In this document: in pieces, positions 28,715 through 38,872 of the stretch
Layout: each line of letters begins with the position of its first letter
Numbering within the stretch: position 1 is the stretch's first letter
NCBI GenBank assembly: GCA_964626665.1
Contig: CAZVGK010000027.1
Location: forward strand, 1-50,487
Direction of reading: 5' to 3'
Length of the DNA stretch: 50,487 nucleotides
Origin: an uncultured Gemmatimonadota bacterium
GTDB taxonomy: Bacteria > SM23-81 > DAOVCL01
Notes under the pieces: model-generated
Seen by the model: the letters and a program-made list of their open reading frames with translations, nothing else
What the model was told of the DNA's origin: nothing
Database searches by the model: none
Program-made: the position numbers and the translations under genes

Positions 28715-31155
28715 TTAGGGATAAAGGAGCTTCTCTATCTCCTGTTTATTAACTCTTGGCTTGGACCCTCTCCAAACTTCCTCCAACCCCTTTTGGAAGG
28801 AGGCGTCCGGGGAGGTTTCCTTTATGGCTTCCCCCATATACTCCTGGGCCCTTTCCCCTGATCTCTGAGAGAGGGAGATAAGCCCCAGCAGGGCATAGGT
28901 CTTAGCTTTATCCTCTCCCTCTAAGGCCTTTTTGGTGGCCACTGCGGCCTCCCCGAGCTCCCCCTTCCGGTAGAGGATGAAGCCCAAATCCCTCCAGAAA
29001 ATGGGCTTAGAGTCAAGGGATATAGCCTTTCTCATCAATTGCAAGGCCTTCTCTGGTTTCTTATCCTGGAGGGTATAGCAAAGGGCCAACCCATCCAGCG
29101 CCTCCGCATCCGCTGGATCATACCTGAGGGTCTCCTCCAGTTCCCCCGCAGCCTCCCCATACCTCTGAGCCTGATAGAGGGCTAAGCCCAGATAACGGTG
29201 CAAGATAGGCTCATCTGGTTTGGTTTGTAAGGCCTTCCTCAGGGGCAGCAAAACAATTTCCCAATTTTCCTTTCCCTTGGCCAAGAGGAGCACTCTCTGG
29301 GCAGCTATGGAGACCCGCTGTTTAGTCTCCTTTAACCGCTGGGAGAGCTCATTGGCCTTTTTTCTCGCCCCGACCCCTTGCAATTCCCTTTCCCTCTCCT
29401 CTATGAGCTTGAGGGTGCGACCAGAGTGGGAGAGGGCCTCTCCCAACCAGGTTATTTCCTCAGCCTTCCCCTCATTTAGTTGGGCAAGGAGGAAGTTGTG
29501 ATCGAAGTTGTTCTCCATCCCCCTGGCCATCTTTAGTTCAGGGATGGCCTCCTTGTATTTCTTCTCTCCCATTAAGGCCAAGCCCTTGTAGAAATGGAGT
29601 CGGGGATAGAATGGGGAATGGTCTTCAATCTTTTGATAACATTTAAGAGCAGAGGGGGAATCTCCTATCTTCAACCACTGGTATCCCAATTTGTAGAGAG
29701 CCAAAAGGTTCCCCCGATCCCAAGTTGCTGCCTCTTGGTAGTAGGCTATGGCCCTGCGGGGCCGATCTCTCTCTATTTCTAAGTCGCCAAAGAAGAGGGC
29801 GCGCGAGGAGCGGACCTGGTTAATCTGATAGCTGAGGAGGATGGGAGAACCCAAAATTAAGAGGAGGACAAGGGAAAGAAGTCCCATCCTTTCCCACTTT
29901 GGTAGCCGCCATCTCTTTACTCCCCTTTCCGCAAGGGAGGCGGTGATTGCTAAGAAGAGCCAAAAGAGCAAGCCCACCGGGACTGTTCTCAGGGTGAGAT
30001 TGGCCAAGTTGTCCAATAGGATGGCCAGCCCCCCGGCCCAGAGGCCCAACCTGAGATGCCCAAGCCAACCATCCCCCTTTTCAAAGAGCTTGGCCCCCTG
30101 TTTCAGGAAGCCGATTACCAACCAGAAGAAAGTCCCCACTCCCAAAAGGCCCGTCTCTACGGCCAACTCCAGAAGCTCAGAATGGGCATGGCCGACATAG
30201 AGCTCCCTTATCTCCAAAAACTCCGGATCGGGGTTGAATTTGGGGATGACCGTAGAGAATGTCCCCCAGCCATAGCCAATGAGGGGGGCCTGAGAGAAGG
30301 CCCTCAGACTGGCTATCCACCCCTGAAGCCTGGCCTGAAAGCTGGGGACCCGCCAAAAGTGAAGCAGCGTCTCCAGCCTCTCCGTAATGGCTTGAGGGGC
30401 AAAGAAAAAAAAAGAGCCAAAAATATCAGGGGAATAAAGACATATTTTAATCCCCACCCTTCCCTCTTCCTGTAACCAAACCAGAGGGCTAACCCTCCCC
30501 CGAAGAAGGCAAGCCAGGCCGTTCGGGTCAGGGTGAGAGCCAGAGAGCCGAGGAGGAGAAGGGAGAGGGCAGCAAGAATCATCCTTTTTAATTTACCTTT
30601 TTCTCCAATTATCAAAGCGATATTCAGGGGTAGAATTCCAGCCAAGAAGCCGGCAAAGAAATTGGCATTGCCAAAGGTTGAGGGTGTCCTGGTTAGATTT
30701 GGCTCCTGCCAGGAGAAGACCCGAATGCCAAAATGTTGAAAACAACCGAAGAGGGAGGCTAAGAATGACGTCCCTAAAAGAAGGTAGATTGTCGCTTTTA
30801 TCTTCCTCTCCCCTCTGATCTTCTGGGAGCCAATGAAGAAGAGAATGAAGAAGGGGAGGATCCAGAGCAGTCCCCTCTGGCTGATGAACTTATATTTAGA
30901 GAAGAAGGAGGAGATTAAAATAGCCCCTAAGAGGGCAATCACCGGGAGGTTGAGGGGGTTCCCCCTCAACGAGACCTGAGAGCTGAAAGCCAATTCAAGA
31001 AGCCAGAAAAGCAAGAGAAGATATGTGCCCCCCCAGAGGATAACCGGCTTAATGATGGTGGCATCGGCGGTGTTTATTATTATGGCCAAGGGAAGCAGGA
31101 TAATAAGAAGCCAGAAGATGGCCAAAATTGGTTTGTCTAAAATAGTCCCCTTCAT
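28715..31155 (-). pseudogene. O-antigen-ligase-family (Wzy_C) membrane protein with C-terminal TPRs, split by a frameshift
   Basis: ORF 30313-31155 has STFGNANFFAG and TLTRTAW; ORF 28715-30457 has GYGWGTF, HAHSELLELAVETG and TPRs; the frames join at T9 (30405-30413). Confidence 0.8.
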
Positions 31156-31174
31156 TCTCCTCCTGGTTGAGTTT

Positions 31175-31203
31175 AAAATACTCCCTTACTCCCGACTTGT
31201 CAA
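31175..31203 (-). promoter_or_regulatory. sigma70 promoter of the ligase/TPR-tdh unit
   Basis: TTGACA-N17-TATTTT. Confidence 0.6.
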
Positions 31204-31439
31204 CAAAAAATCGGACTAATCCATCACGACGGATCACCACGGAGCAACATAGCGCGGCAAAACCGCAACCAAATAATTCACCGCAAAGCCGCAAAGGACG
31301 CAAAGTTTAAAGATTTTTAACTAGCAGATAGACGCAGTTTTATAAGGGAGTTTTTATAAATCCTGAGAATACGCGTTAATAGCGTCCCATAGATAATAAT
31401 AACCTCCCGTGGGTTTCAAACCAAGGGTAGGTCTGAGGT

Positions 31440-31545
31440 GTGGGAGACATCTCCTGATGTCGGTAATCGAGGTGGTGGGGGCGAGGCTGTGGTTGCCAGG
31501 GGGGATGCTCAAAAAAAATGGGAAGTGTCCCTATTTTCCTATTTT
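31440..31545. repeat. About 105-bp composite repeat (GTGGGAG..ATCTCCTGATG + GGGAAGTGTCCCTATTTT)
   Basis: Direct copy at 32197-32302; sub-parts at 22593-22645, 1540-1563 and 34548-34577. Confidence 0.75.
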
Positions 31546-31897
31546 CACTATTTTTCCCGTAGGGGTGAGCGATCAATTTCTTGGGGGTTAGCCTCTTGGG
31601 GTGGGGGGAATCGATTGCAATTAACCTCTGATCCCTGGGTTTCTACCGCACTTTAGTGTGGGTTAAGGGCCTTCAAGCCCTGCCATTGGGCTAAAGCCCA
31701 AGAGAGGTTACCCCCCGCTTTTGCGGGGGTAGAAAAGCCGTAGGGACAGGGCTTCAGCCCTGTCCGAGCATGGCTGAACCTCCCGCAGGTTTCAAACCTG
31801 CGGGAGGTTGCATTCCATAGACAGGGAAAGGGGGGGGAAGTCTTGACTGGGGAGATGTGATTTAGTATCTTTAAATGTTCATAAAGAAAGGCTCCTG

Positions 31898-32005
31898 ATG
31901 ATGGAAAACCTTGCCTTCAAAAAAAAACAAGATAGGGCGGGGGAGAACCGGGAGGAGAAAAGCGATAGCTCTTCAGCATATTCAAAACTGGAGTCCAAGA
32001 GGTAA
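31898..32005 (+). other. Candidate 35-aa small ORF or sRNA transcription unit
   Basis: Promoter TTGACT-N17-TATCTT (31843-31871); AGAAAGG before ATG; ORF MMENLAFKKKQDRAGENREEKSDSSSAYSKLESKR*; terminator 32011-32057. Confidence 0.4.
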
Positions 32006-32010
32006 GAACG

Positions 32011-32057
32011 GCCGATCTGCCAAGGCATCCGTTTGAATGCAGGTCGGTTTTTGTTTT
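32011..32057 (+). terminator. Intrinsic terminator
   Basis: Stem GCCGATCTGC / GCAGGTCGGT followed by TTTTGTTTT. Confidence 0.65.
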
Positions 32058-32301
32058 AACCAAGAGGCTCAGTGCCGGTAGGGCTCCTGCCCTACCAGGC
32101 AACGGTTCTACCGCACTTTAGTGCAGCTCCATTACTCAATCACAACGGGCTAAAGCCCGGAAGAGGTTACCTCCCGCTTTTGCGGGGGTAGAAATTGTGG
32201 GAGGCATCTCCTGATGCCGATGATCGAAGTGGTAGGGGACAAGATTGTGGCTCCCCTGTGGGATGCTCAAAAATGGGAAGTGTCCCTATTTTTCCTATTT
32301 T

Positions 32302-33543
32302 TCAGCGGAAAATCCTGTGCACCAGGGTCGGCTTCCCCGGTTCCTTTACCCTGGCAAGCAAAAGGAGAAATCCTGATAGGCCAATGACTATCGAGATCAA
32401 AAAGGCAATCTTAGGCTGGAAGGACCAGATGATCCCCCCCAGGGCCGCGGCGGGCATCACCACAACCCCCCGCAGGGCATAATAGATTCCTACGACCTCT
32501 CCCCGAATCTCCTGGGGGGCTAAGTCCACAATGAGTGCCTTGCGTGGCGGTTCCCCGATCTCCCGCAGTCCAGCAACAAAAAAGGCGAGGATAAGCCAGG
32601 TGAAACTTTGGGAGAAGAGGAGAACCAAGGGGAACATTGGTAGGAAGAAGAAGGAAAGGGCCACAAAGGGGAGGCGGCTTTTGCGATCAGCCAACCTTGC
32701 AATGGGGATGTAGCTAAGGATGGAGATAGCCATCTGCAGGCCGGCGAGCAGGCCGTATTGGAAGGCCGTTGCCCCAATGTGGTCCATCACCCAGAAGATG
32801 ACAAATATCTTCACCAGCCGATCTCCAAACCTCACCAAGCAATCCGCGCTGAGGAGGGATTTCAGGGAAGGGTTGAGAGCTCTCCATCTGGACAGAACAG
32901 ATCCCCTATTGCCTTTCCTCCCTGCTGGGGTAAATGTCTCGGCATAGTATCTTTTCTGCACGAATACGGCCAGCACGGTGAGGGCTAAGCTGGCGGCCAA
33001 CCCCAGTCGGATCCCCCCCCTAACCCCATAGCTCCCTAAGAGGAACCCACCAATGGGTGGAGCTATGACAATGGGCAACCTCTTCAGGATCGATTGCACC
33101 GTGAAGCCCATAGCCCTTTTCTCCCGGGGGAGAGAGTCTCCAATAAGGGCAAAGATAGCGGGTTGCGCCAAACTTAATCCCATAGCGAAGGGTAGGCCAA
33201 GGAAGATGAGCGGCCAGTGGGGGGCGATTAGATAGAGAAAGTAGCCCAGGAGCCCAATGCTGGTGAAGAGGACCAGGGCTTTCTTCCTCCCGATGCGGTC
33301 GGTGATGCGGCCCCCTGGATACTGGTAGATGGTATCGATGGCCTCCTGGAGGGTTCCGAATAGCCCCACCAAGCCTATGCTTGCTCCCAAGGCCTGCAGA
33401 TATTTGGGGAGGAACTTTGCCCAGAGGTTTTCGCCCCAGCCTAAGAGGAAGGTGGAGGAGGCCAGGACAATGATGTTTCTCTCCAGGGCAAAGAACCCCC
33501 GAAACCGTGATACCCCTGGGGCAGTTGGTCTATTCTCTTTCAT
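32302..33543 (-). CDS. MFS transporter
   Basis: Motif A GGRITDRIGRKK; about 12 TM segments; promoter TTGATA-N17-TAAATT (33585-33557). Confidence 0.9.
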   Translation of the reverse strand: MKENRPTAPGVSRFRGFFALERNIIVLASSTFLLGWGENLWAKFLPKYLQALGASIGLVGLFGTLQEAIDTIYQYPGGRITDRIGRKKALVLFTSIGLLGYFLYLIAPHWPLIFLGLPFAMGLSLAQPAIFALIGDSLPREKRAMGFTVQSILKRLPIVIAPPIGGFLLGSYGVRGGIRLGLAASLALTVLAVFVQKRYYAETFTPAGRKGNRGSVLSRWRALNPSLKSLLSADCLVRFGDRLVKIFVIFWVMDHIGATAFQYGLLAGLQMAISILSYIPIARLADRKSRLPFVALSFFFLPMFPLVLLFSQSFTWLILAFFVAGLREIGEPPRKALIVDLAPQEIRGEVVGIYYALRGVVVMPAAALGGIIWSFQPKIAFLISIVIGLSGFLLLLARVKEPGKPTLVHRIFR

Positions 33544-33723
33544 AGCTCTCAGGGGGAATTTACATCATTCTGGGCTGTTTATCAAGGGATTTCCCATTTC
33601 AAGTGATGATGACGACAATCTATTCAGCGCCTACCCGAATTTGTCATCCCCGCATGCTATTCGAGGGAACCCATTGCTGATTTTACTACTGAGGCCACCA
33701 AGTGAATTGCATGACATTGCGAG

Positions 33724-33785
33724 CCCTGTTAGATATAAATGAAGCTTCACTGAACTCCGAGATTGGTAGAAATTATCTAACGGGG
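33724..33785. mobile_element. 62-bp inverted-repeat mini-element flanked by CGAG direct repeats
   Basis: CGAG[CCCTGTTAGATA...TATCTAACGGGG]CGAG inside a GACATTGCGAG..GAAGCAATC repeat. Confidence 0.7.
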
Positions 33786-34072
33786 CGAGCGGAGCGAAGC
33801 AATCCCAAACTACTGAATGAGGAGCTAAAACTACGAGATTGCTTCGCCTGCCTGTGCGTTGCACACAGACAGGTCGCTCCGCTCCTCGCAATGACACTTA
33901 AAATACCGGTTTGCAAACAACAATGTGCTCTGAGTAGTATGTTCCGATTTGGATAACCTCATCAGCAAATTTTACCCTCTCCTCCAGGGGAGAGGGAACT
34001 ATGAGGAGGTCGTTCATCCCCGTTCACAGAGCGGGCATTCTGACAGGTTTTCGTAAAAAAAGGAGGAGTGAA

Positions 34073-34579
34073 ATGGTGAGCTTAAAGGTAAGGGCTTTGT
34101 CTCTTTTGTTTGTCCCGGTGTTCTGGGCTTTGTTTGTTGGGGTGGCTTTGCCTGCTCAAGAGGTTAATTTAAAACAGAAGGCCGCTGCGGAGTTCCAGAG
34201 GGGAGACTACCCTAAGGCGATTTCACTTCTCAAACAGGCGGTGGCTGAAAGTCCAAATGATGCGGAGGTCTATTATTATCTTGGTTATTACACCCATTAT
34301 CTTTGTTACGACTCCCGTCCTCTGACAGGATATAGTGAAAGGAAGTCTGACGAGATATTGGGTTATTTGCATAAGGCCGTAGAGTTGAATCCAGGATATG
34401 GAAATGCCTACTACTTCATCGGAGCTGAATATGGCGTCCGCGCCTGGAATGCTATGCGAAGAAGGGACATTAATAAAATGCGTAAGGAGATACGCACTGG
34501 GCGCGAGCAAGGAGGATACCCTGATTGGCTGATTGGGAAAATAGAAAATAGGAAAATAGGGACACTTCCTATTTTTTAA
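34073..34579 (+). pseudogene. Secreted TPR protein, probably 3'-truncated by a repeat
   Basis: Signal peptide and two TPRs; last codons (GKIENRKIGTLPIF) are read from the AAAATAGGGACACTTCCTATTTT repeat. Confidence 0.6.
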
Positions 34580-34711
34580 GGGAATTGGGAGATGTCCCCA
34601 TTTCCCACACCCCCGAGGGGGCAGAAGCCCCCTTCTGCCACTCTTGCCGTCAGAATCGGGGTTCTGACGGCTCAGGGGGAAGACAGCAAGGCTCTTTCAG
34701 CGAATGTTCTA

Positions 34712-35761
34712 CTATGGAGAACTCCCCCGGAAACCTATCCCCTTGACCCTCATTCGCCCCGGCTTGCCCAGTTCCCCTTCCACCACAAACTTAAGGGGGA
34801 GAAACCTTTCCACTACCCAGATGTTGGTCAGGAGATGCTGGGTGATTAGGGAGGTAGTGAAGGAGGATGCTCCATCGGCTAAGGCCATATAGATGATCAA
34901 CTGATCTGCCAGATGGGGATCGATCAACCCGCCACTATCCATAAAGGAGAAGAAGGCCTCTGCCACCTCATCTGCTATCTCCTCCGCCCTCTTCCCCCTC
35001 TCTCCCAACCCTTCGAAGCCAGCAATTATCCCGCCAAACTCAGCAGTAAGCAGGAGAGAAGTCCCCTTTCCCACTGAAGGGGCCTTGATGGTCTCTGCCT
35101 TGGCCATATATCCCCTCTCCTTTAGCCTCTGGCGAAGTCTGAGGGTCTCCCTTTGAGCGATGGAGGGGGAAAGGTTGGAGATAGTGCAGAGGCCCTTGAG
35201 CCTCTGCAATTCTCCCCTTTTCTCCCAGCCAAATGGTTGAAGGGTAGAAGCCGGTTCAATCCCAACCTCTATTCTGCCCTGCCCTCGCGGATACCAACCC
35301 CACCTTTTTATCTTCAACTCTGCTTTGATTCCCATCCCCCTCAAGGCGGGGAGGAAGACATCCCTTATATAGTCGGTGGGAGGGCTCCAGGCGGTGTGGG
35401 TTCCCCCCTCTAAGGAGACTTCAGACCTTCCCTGAGAGAAGCCCAGAGGCGGGAGGATGGTCTGAAGGACCATCCCCGTCGATCCAGCGGTGGGGATCCG
35501 GAAGGAATACCTCCCAGCTTTTATCCTGCCCGGATAAAACCGCAGGAGGGGAGAATCTATCTCCCCTCCTTCTATATTTCCCTGTGAGACTTGGCATACC
35601 GCCTGGGCGGAGACCAGATGTTGGGGCCGCAACCCCGGCCTTCCCCTCTTTGCCCTTATGTTGTAAATCTCCACTGGTCCCCCTAAGAGGGCAGCCAGGC
35701 TCAGGGCAGTCCTCAATATCTGCCCTCCCCCTTCCCCAGAGGAGCCGTCTATCTTAACCAT
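34712..35761 (-). CDS. rtcA: RNA 3'-terminal phosphate cyclase
   Basis: IDGSSGEGGGQILRT, RPGLRPQH, GGTH, GWYPRG, DPHLADQL and HLLTN. Confidence 0.95.
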   Translation of the reverse strand: MVKIDGSSGEGGGQILRTALSLAALLGGPVEIYNIRAKRGRPGLRPQHLVSAQAVCQVSQGNIEGGEIDSPLLRFYPGRIKAGRYSFRIPTAGSTGMVLQTILPPLGFSQGRSEVSLEGGTHTAWSPPTDYIRDVFLPALRGMGIKAELKIKRWGWYPRGQGRIEVGIEPASTLQPFGWEKRGELQRLKGLCTISNLSPSIAQRETLRLRQRLKERGYMAKAETIKAPSVGKGTSLLLTAEFGGIIAGFEGLGERGKRAEEIADEVAEAFFSFMDSGGLIDPHLADQLIIYMALADGASSFTTSLITQHLLTNIWVVERFLPLKFVVEGELGKPGRMRVKGIGFRGSSP

Positions 35762-36323
35762 TGCCTCTGCTTCCGGGCTTAACTAAGGGTATTCCCTTCC
35801 GGCAGAGGGGGCAATCCTGGGGAGGATAGTTAATTATATCCAGGGAGACCAGGGACTGCAAGGCAGGGTCTGCCTTCCCCTTGCTTCTGTCCACCAGCGC
35901 CCCTCTGCCCACAACCCTTCCTCCTGTCTCCTGCACCAGCCTGGTTACCTCCTGGAGGGATCCCCCGGTGGTGACCACATCCTCCACCACCACCGCCCTC
36001 TCCCCCTTTTGGAGCTGGAACCCTCGCCGCAGCCTCATCTTCCCCGCAACCCTCTCGGCAAAGATGGCCCTGGCCCCTAAGACCCGCGCCAACTCATACC
36101 CCACTATTATCCCCCCGATGGCCGGGGAGAGGACGACCTTAACCTTTAAACCCTCAAATCTATGAGCCAGCTCTCTACATAACCCCTGGGCCAAATCCGG
36201 ATGCTGCAGGAGGAGGGCGCATTGGAAGTAGGTGGGGGAGTGGAGGCCGGAGCTGAGAAGAAAGTGGCCCTCAAGCAAAGCACCACTTTCCCTAAACAGG
36301 GAGAGAATCTCCTCAGCTTCCAT
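35754..36323 (-). CDS. pyrE: Orotate phosphoribosyltransferase
   Basis: GHFLLSSGLHS and VVEDVVTTGGS; C-terminal CPLC..KPGSR. Confidence 0.95.
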   Translation of the reverse strand: MEAEEILSLFRESGALLEGHFLLSSGLHSPTYFQCALLLQHPDLAQGLCRELAHRFEGLKVKVVLSPAIGGIIVGYELARVLGARAIFAERVAGKMRLRRGFQLQKGERAVVVEDVVTTGGSLQEVTRLVQETGGRVVGRGALVDRSKGKADPALQSLVSLDIINYPPQDCPLCRKGIPLVKPGSRGNG

Positions 36324-37068
36324 CAGTTGCCCTCCTACAGACCCACATTACCCGTTGGGTGTCCTTACGGGGTTTGCTGAAGCTCAAGCATTTGAACCTG
36401 TCCAGAATATCCAACCCTTTTCGCTTCAAGGCTTTGGCCACACTCTTGGGGTCATACCCCCTCTCCCGGTGAACCTCCTTGAACTTCCGATAGAGATTGC
36501 CCTTCTTCTGGAATACGGTCACCTCCAAGCTAGCCAGCCTGATCCCCTCATCCCAGGAGTAGTCCCAGATCACGGCCAGATCTCCCATATCCTCACCCGT
36601 CTTCCTGTTATCCCAGCCAGAGGTGAGGCCAAAGATGGTGTTCATATCGAAGATGAACATCCCCCCAGGGTTTAAAGCCTGGTGGACATTGCCAAATACG
36701 GTCTCCAACTCATCATACCTTAAGATGTAGTTTATGCTGTCGAAGAGGCAGGTGACCAGATCAACCTTGCGCGGCAGGCGAAAGTCCCTCATATCCTGAT
36801 GCAGATAGGGGATTCCCAACCCATCCTTCCTCGCCTTCTCCTTGGCCTTCTCCAACATTGGGGCAGAGCGGTCCAGCCCCATAACCTCAAATCCACCCTT
36901 AGCTAGTTCCCTGGCCAGCTCTCCGGTGCCACAGGCTAAATCCAGGACCTTCTTCCCTGGAAAGCGATACCTCTCCAAGAGCTGGTGAAGATAAGGGAGG
37001 ACCTTTTCGCTGAAGTTAAGGCAGCCCACCCGGTCATAAACCTCAGCAAATCTGCTATATGGTTCCAT
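36313..37068 (-). CDS. Class I SAM-dependent methyltransferase
   Basis: FAEVYD, VLDLACGTG, QDMRDF, DSINY and GGMFIFD. Confidence 0.9.
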   Translation of the reverse strand: MEPYSRFAEVYDRVGCLNFSEKVLPYLHQLLERYRFPGKKVLDLACGTGELARELAKGGFEVMGLDRSAPMLEKAKEKARKDGLGIPYLHQDMRDFRLPRKVDLVTCLFDSINYILRYDELETVFGNVHQALNPGGMFIFDMNTIFGLTSGWDNRKTGEDMGDLAVIWDYSWDEGIRLASLEVTVFQKKGNLYRKFKEVHRERGYDPKSVAKALKRKGLDILDRFKCLSFSKPRKDTQRVMWVCRRATDGS

Positions 37069-37921
37069 AACCAAGGTATCTCAGGTCCTTCTTTCTCTTC
37101 CTCCAACCCTCCCTTACCTTCACCCAAAGCTGCAGGAAGACCCTCTTTCCCAGAGCTTCCTCCAACTCCAACCTGGAAAGCTGGCCTACCTTCTTGAGCA
37201 TTCCTCCTCCTTTGCCGATGAGAATGCCCTTTTGTGACCTCTTCTCCACGAAGATCGTGGCCTCGATATAAAGGTTATTGGCCTTCTCCTTATACTCCTC
37301 TACCTTAACCGCAGTCCCATAGGGGACCTCCTGCTTGAGGAGGAGAAAGATCTTTTCCCTGATCAGCTCAGAGGCAATAAACCTCTCCGAGCTCTCCGTC
37401 AACCTGTCCGCAGGGTAGAGGAGGGACCCGGGAGGCAGATAGCTCTCTATTAGTTTCAGAAGTTTGTCCACCCCCTCCCCGGTAAGGGCAGAGATGGGCA
37501 CTATCTCACTAAATACCCCCTGCTTCCAGTATTGGTCGAGCAGGGGGATGAGGTTTTCCTTGTTCTTGAGGAGGTCTACCTTGTTGACCACCAGGATAAT
37601 GGGCATCCCCAGATCCTTCAATTTCCCGGGTTTATCCCTCACATCCACCAGCCAGAGAAGGAGATCCCCCTCCCTGGCCGTGGTCCAGGCGGTTTTAGCC
37701 ATATACTCCTGCAGGGGATATTTGGGCTGGATAAGGCCTGGGGTATCCACAAAGACGGCTTGAAACTCCGGGGTGGTGAGGATGCCCAACAGCCGGTTTC
37801 TGGTGGTCTGGGGTTTGGGGGTGACTATGGCCAGCTTTTCCCCCACTAAGCGGTTGAGGAGGGTGGACTTGCCCACATTTGGTTTACCCAGTATGGGGAC
37901 AAAGCCGGATTTAAACCTCAA
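37055..37921 (-). CDS. era: GTPase Era
   Basis: GKPNVGKST, PQTTR, DTPG, NKVD and ISA; KH domain with SQKGILIGKGG. Confidence 0.97.
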   Translation of the reverse strand: MRFKSGFVPILGKPNVGKSTLLNRLVGEKLAIVTPKPQTTRNRLLGILTTPEFQAVFVDTPGLIQPKYPLQEYMAKTAWTTAREGDLLLWLVDVRDKPGKLKDLGMPIILVVNKVDLLKNKENLIPLLDQYWKQGVFSEIVPISALTGEGVDKLLKLIESYLPPGSLLYPADRLTESSERFIASELIREKIFLLLKQEVPYGTAVKVEEYKEKANNLYIEATIFVEKRSQKGILIGKGGGMLKKVGQLSRLELEEALGKRVFLQLWVKVREGWRKRKKDLRYLGYGTI

Positions 37922-37924
37922 GAC

Positions 37925-38860
37925 CTACCTTCTCCGATGGGCAGATCTGGCCTCCCACTCCACCAGGATGGGACTGGCGATAAAGATGGAGGAGTAGGTC
38001 CCGACGAAGACCCCAATCATCATAGCGAAGGTAAAGTCCCTGATCACCTTACCCCCCAGGAAGTAAAGGGTGAAGATAACCAGTAAGGTGGTGAGGGAGG
38101 TGATAATCGTCCTTGAGAGGGTCTGATTTATGCTGGAGTTTATGGCCTGGCCATACCCGGCTCGGTGCATTAGCCTCAGGTTCTCCCTGATCCGATCGTA
38201 GACCACGATGGTATCATTTAGGGAGTATCCGACGATGGTAAGCAGGGCAGCGATTATGGCCAAGGAGAACTCTTTGTTGAGGAGGGAAAAGATCCCTATG
38301 GTAATGAAGACATCATGAAACAGGGCGACGAGGGCCCCCACGGCAAACTTGAACTCAAACCTGATGGAGATATAGATGAGCATAATCAGGAGGGCCAAGA
38401 AAATGGCCTTAACAGCCTTCCCTTTCAACTCCCTGCCGATCTTGGGTCCCACCTTTTCCTGCTTGAGAACCCAATCGCTCTCCTTAGGGGGGATATAGTT
38501 GGCAAATTTTGCCTTCAGGCTAGCCTTAATGGCATCTCCAACCTTCGTTCCTGTGCCCATTTCCTCCACCCGAACAGCTACATCCGTGGAAGCGCCAAAC
38601 CTTTTGATCTCCGCCCGGCTGAAATCATAACTTTCCCCCTCTAGCTGCACATCCTTGAGGGCATTTCTGATCTGGTCGGCGGGAACTGGTTTGCTGAAGT
38701 GGAGAGCCAAGAGGGTCCCTCCGGAAAAGTCTATGCCATATCTGGGGCCCCCATGAATAATTAAGGAGGCTATCCCGATCAGGATGACAATAAGCGATCC
38801 GGTAATGGCTATTTTCCTCTTTCCGATAAAATTTACATTCGTTCCAGTCAAAAACTCCAT
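37925..38860 (-). CDS. secF: Protein translocase subunit SecF
   Basis: GIDFSGG, VGP, HDV, GYSLNDTIVVYDRIRE and GTYSSIFIA. Confidence 0.97.
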   Translation of the reverse strand: MEFLTGTNVNFIGKRKIAITGSLIVILIGIASLIIHGGPRYGIDFSGGTLLALHFSKPVPADQIRNALKDVQLEGESYDFSRAEIKRFGASTDVAVRVEEMGTGTKVGDAIKASLKAKFANYIPPKESDWVLKQEKVGPKIGRELKGKAVKAIFLALLIMLIYISIRFEFKFAVGALVALFHDVFITIGIFSLLNKEFSLAIIAALLTIVGYSLNDTIVVYDRIRENLRLMHRAGYGQAINSSINQTLSRTIITSLTTLLVIFTLYFLGGKVIRDFTFAMMIGVFVGTYSSIFIASPILVEWEARSAHRRR

Positions 38861-38872
38861 TTCGTCCCCCTT

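Noticed and set aside
31878-32057. 6S RNA call
   Set aside because: Size and the 5' CCUGAUG are suggestive, but I could not find the long closing stem or conserved central motifs; kept only as an unassigned candidate.
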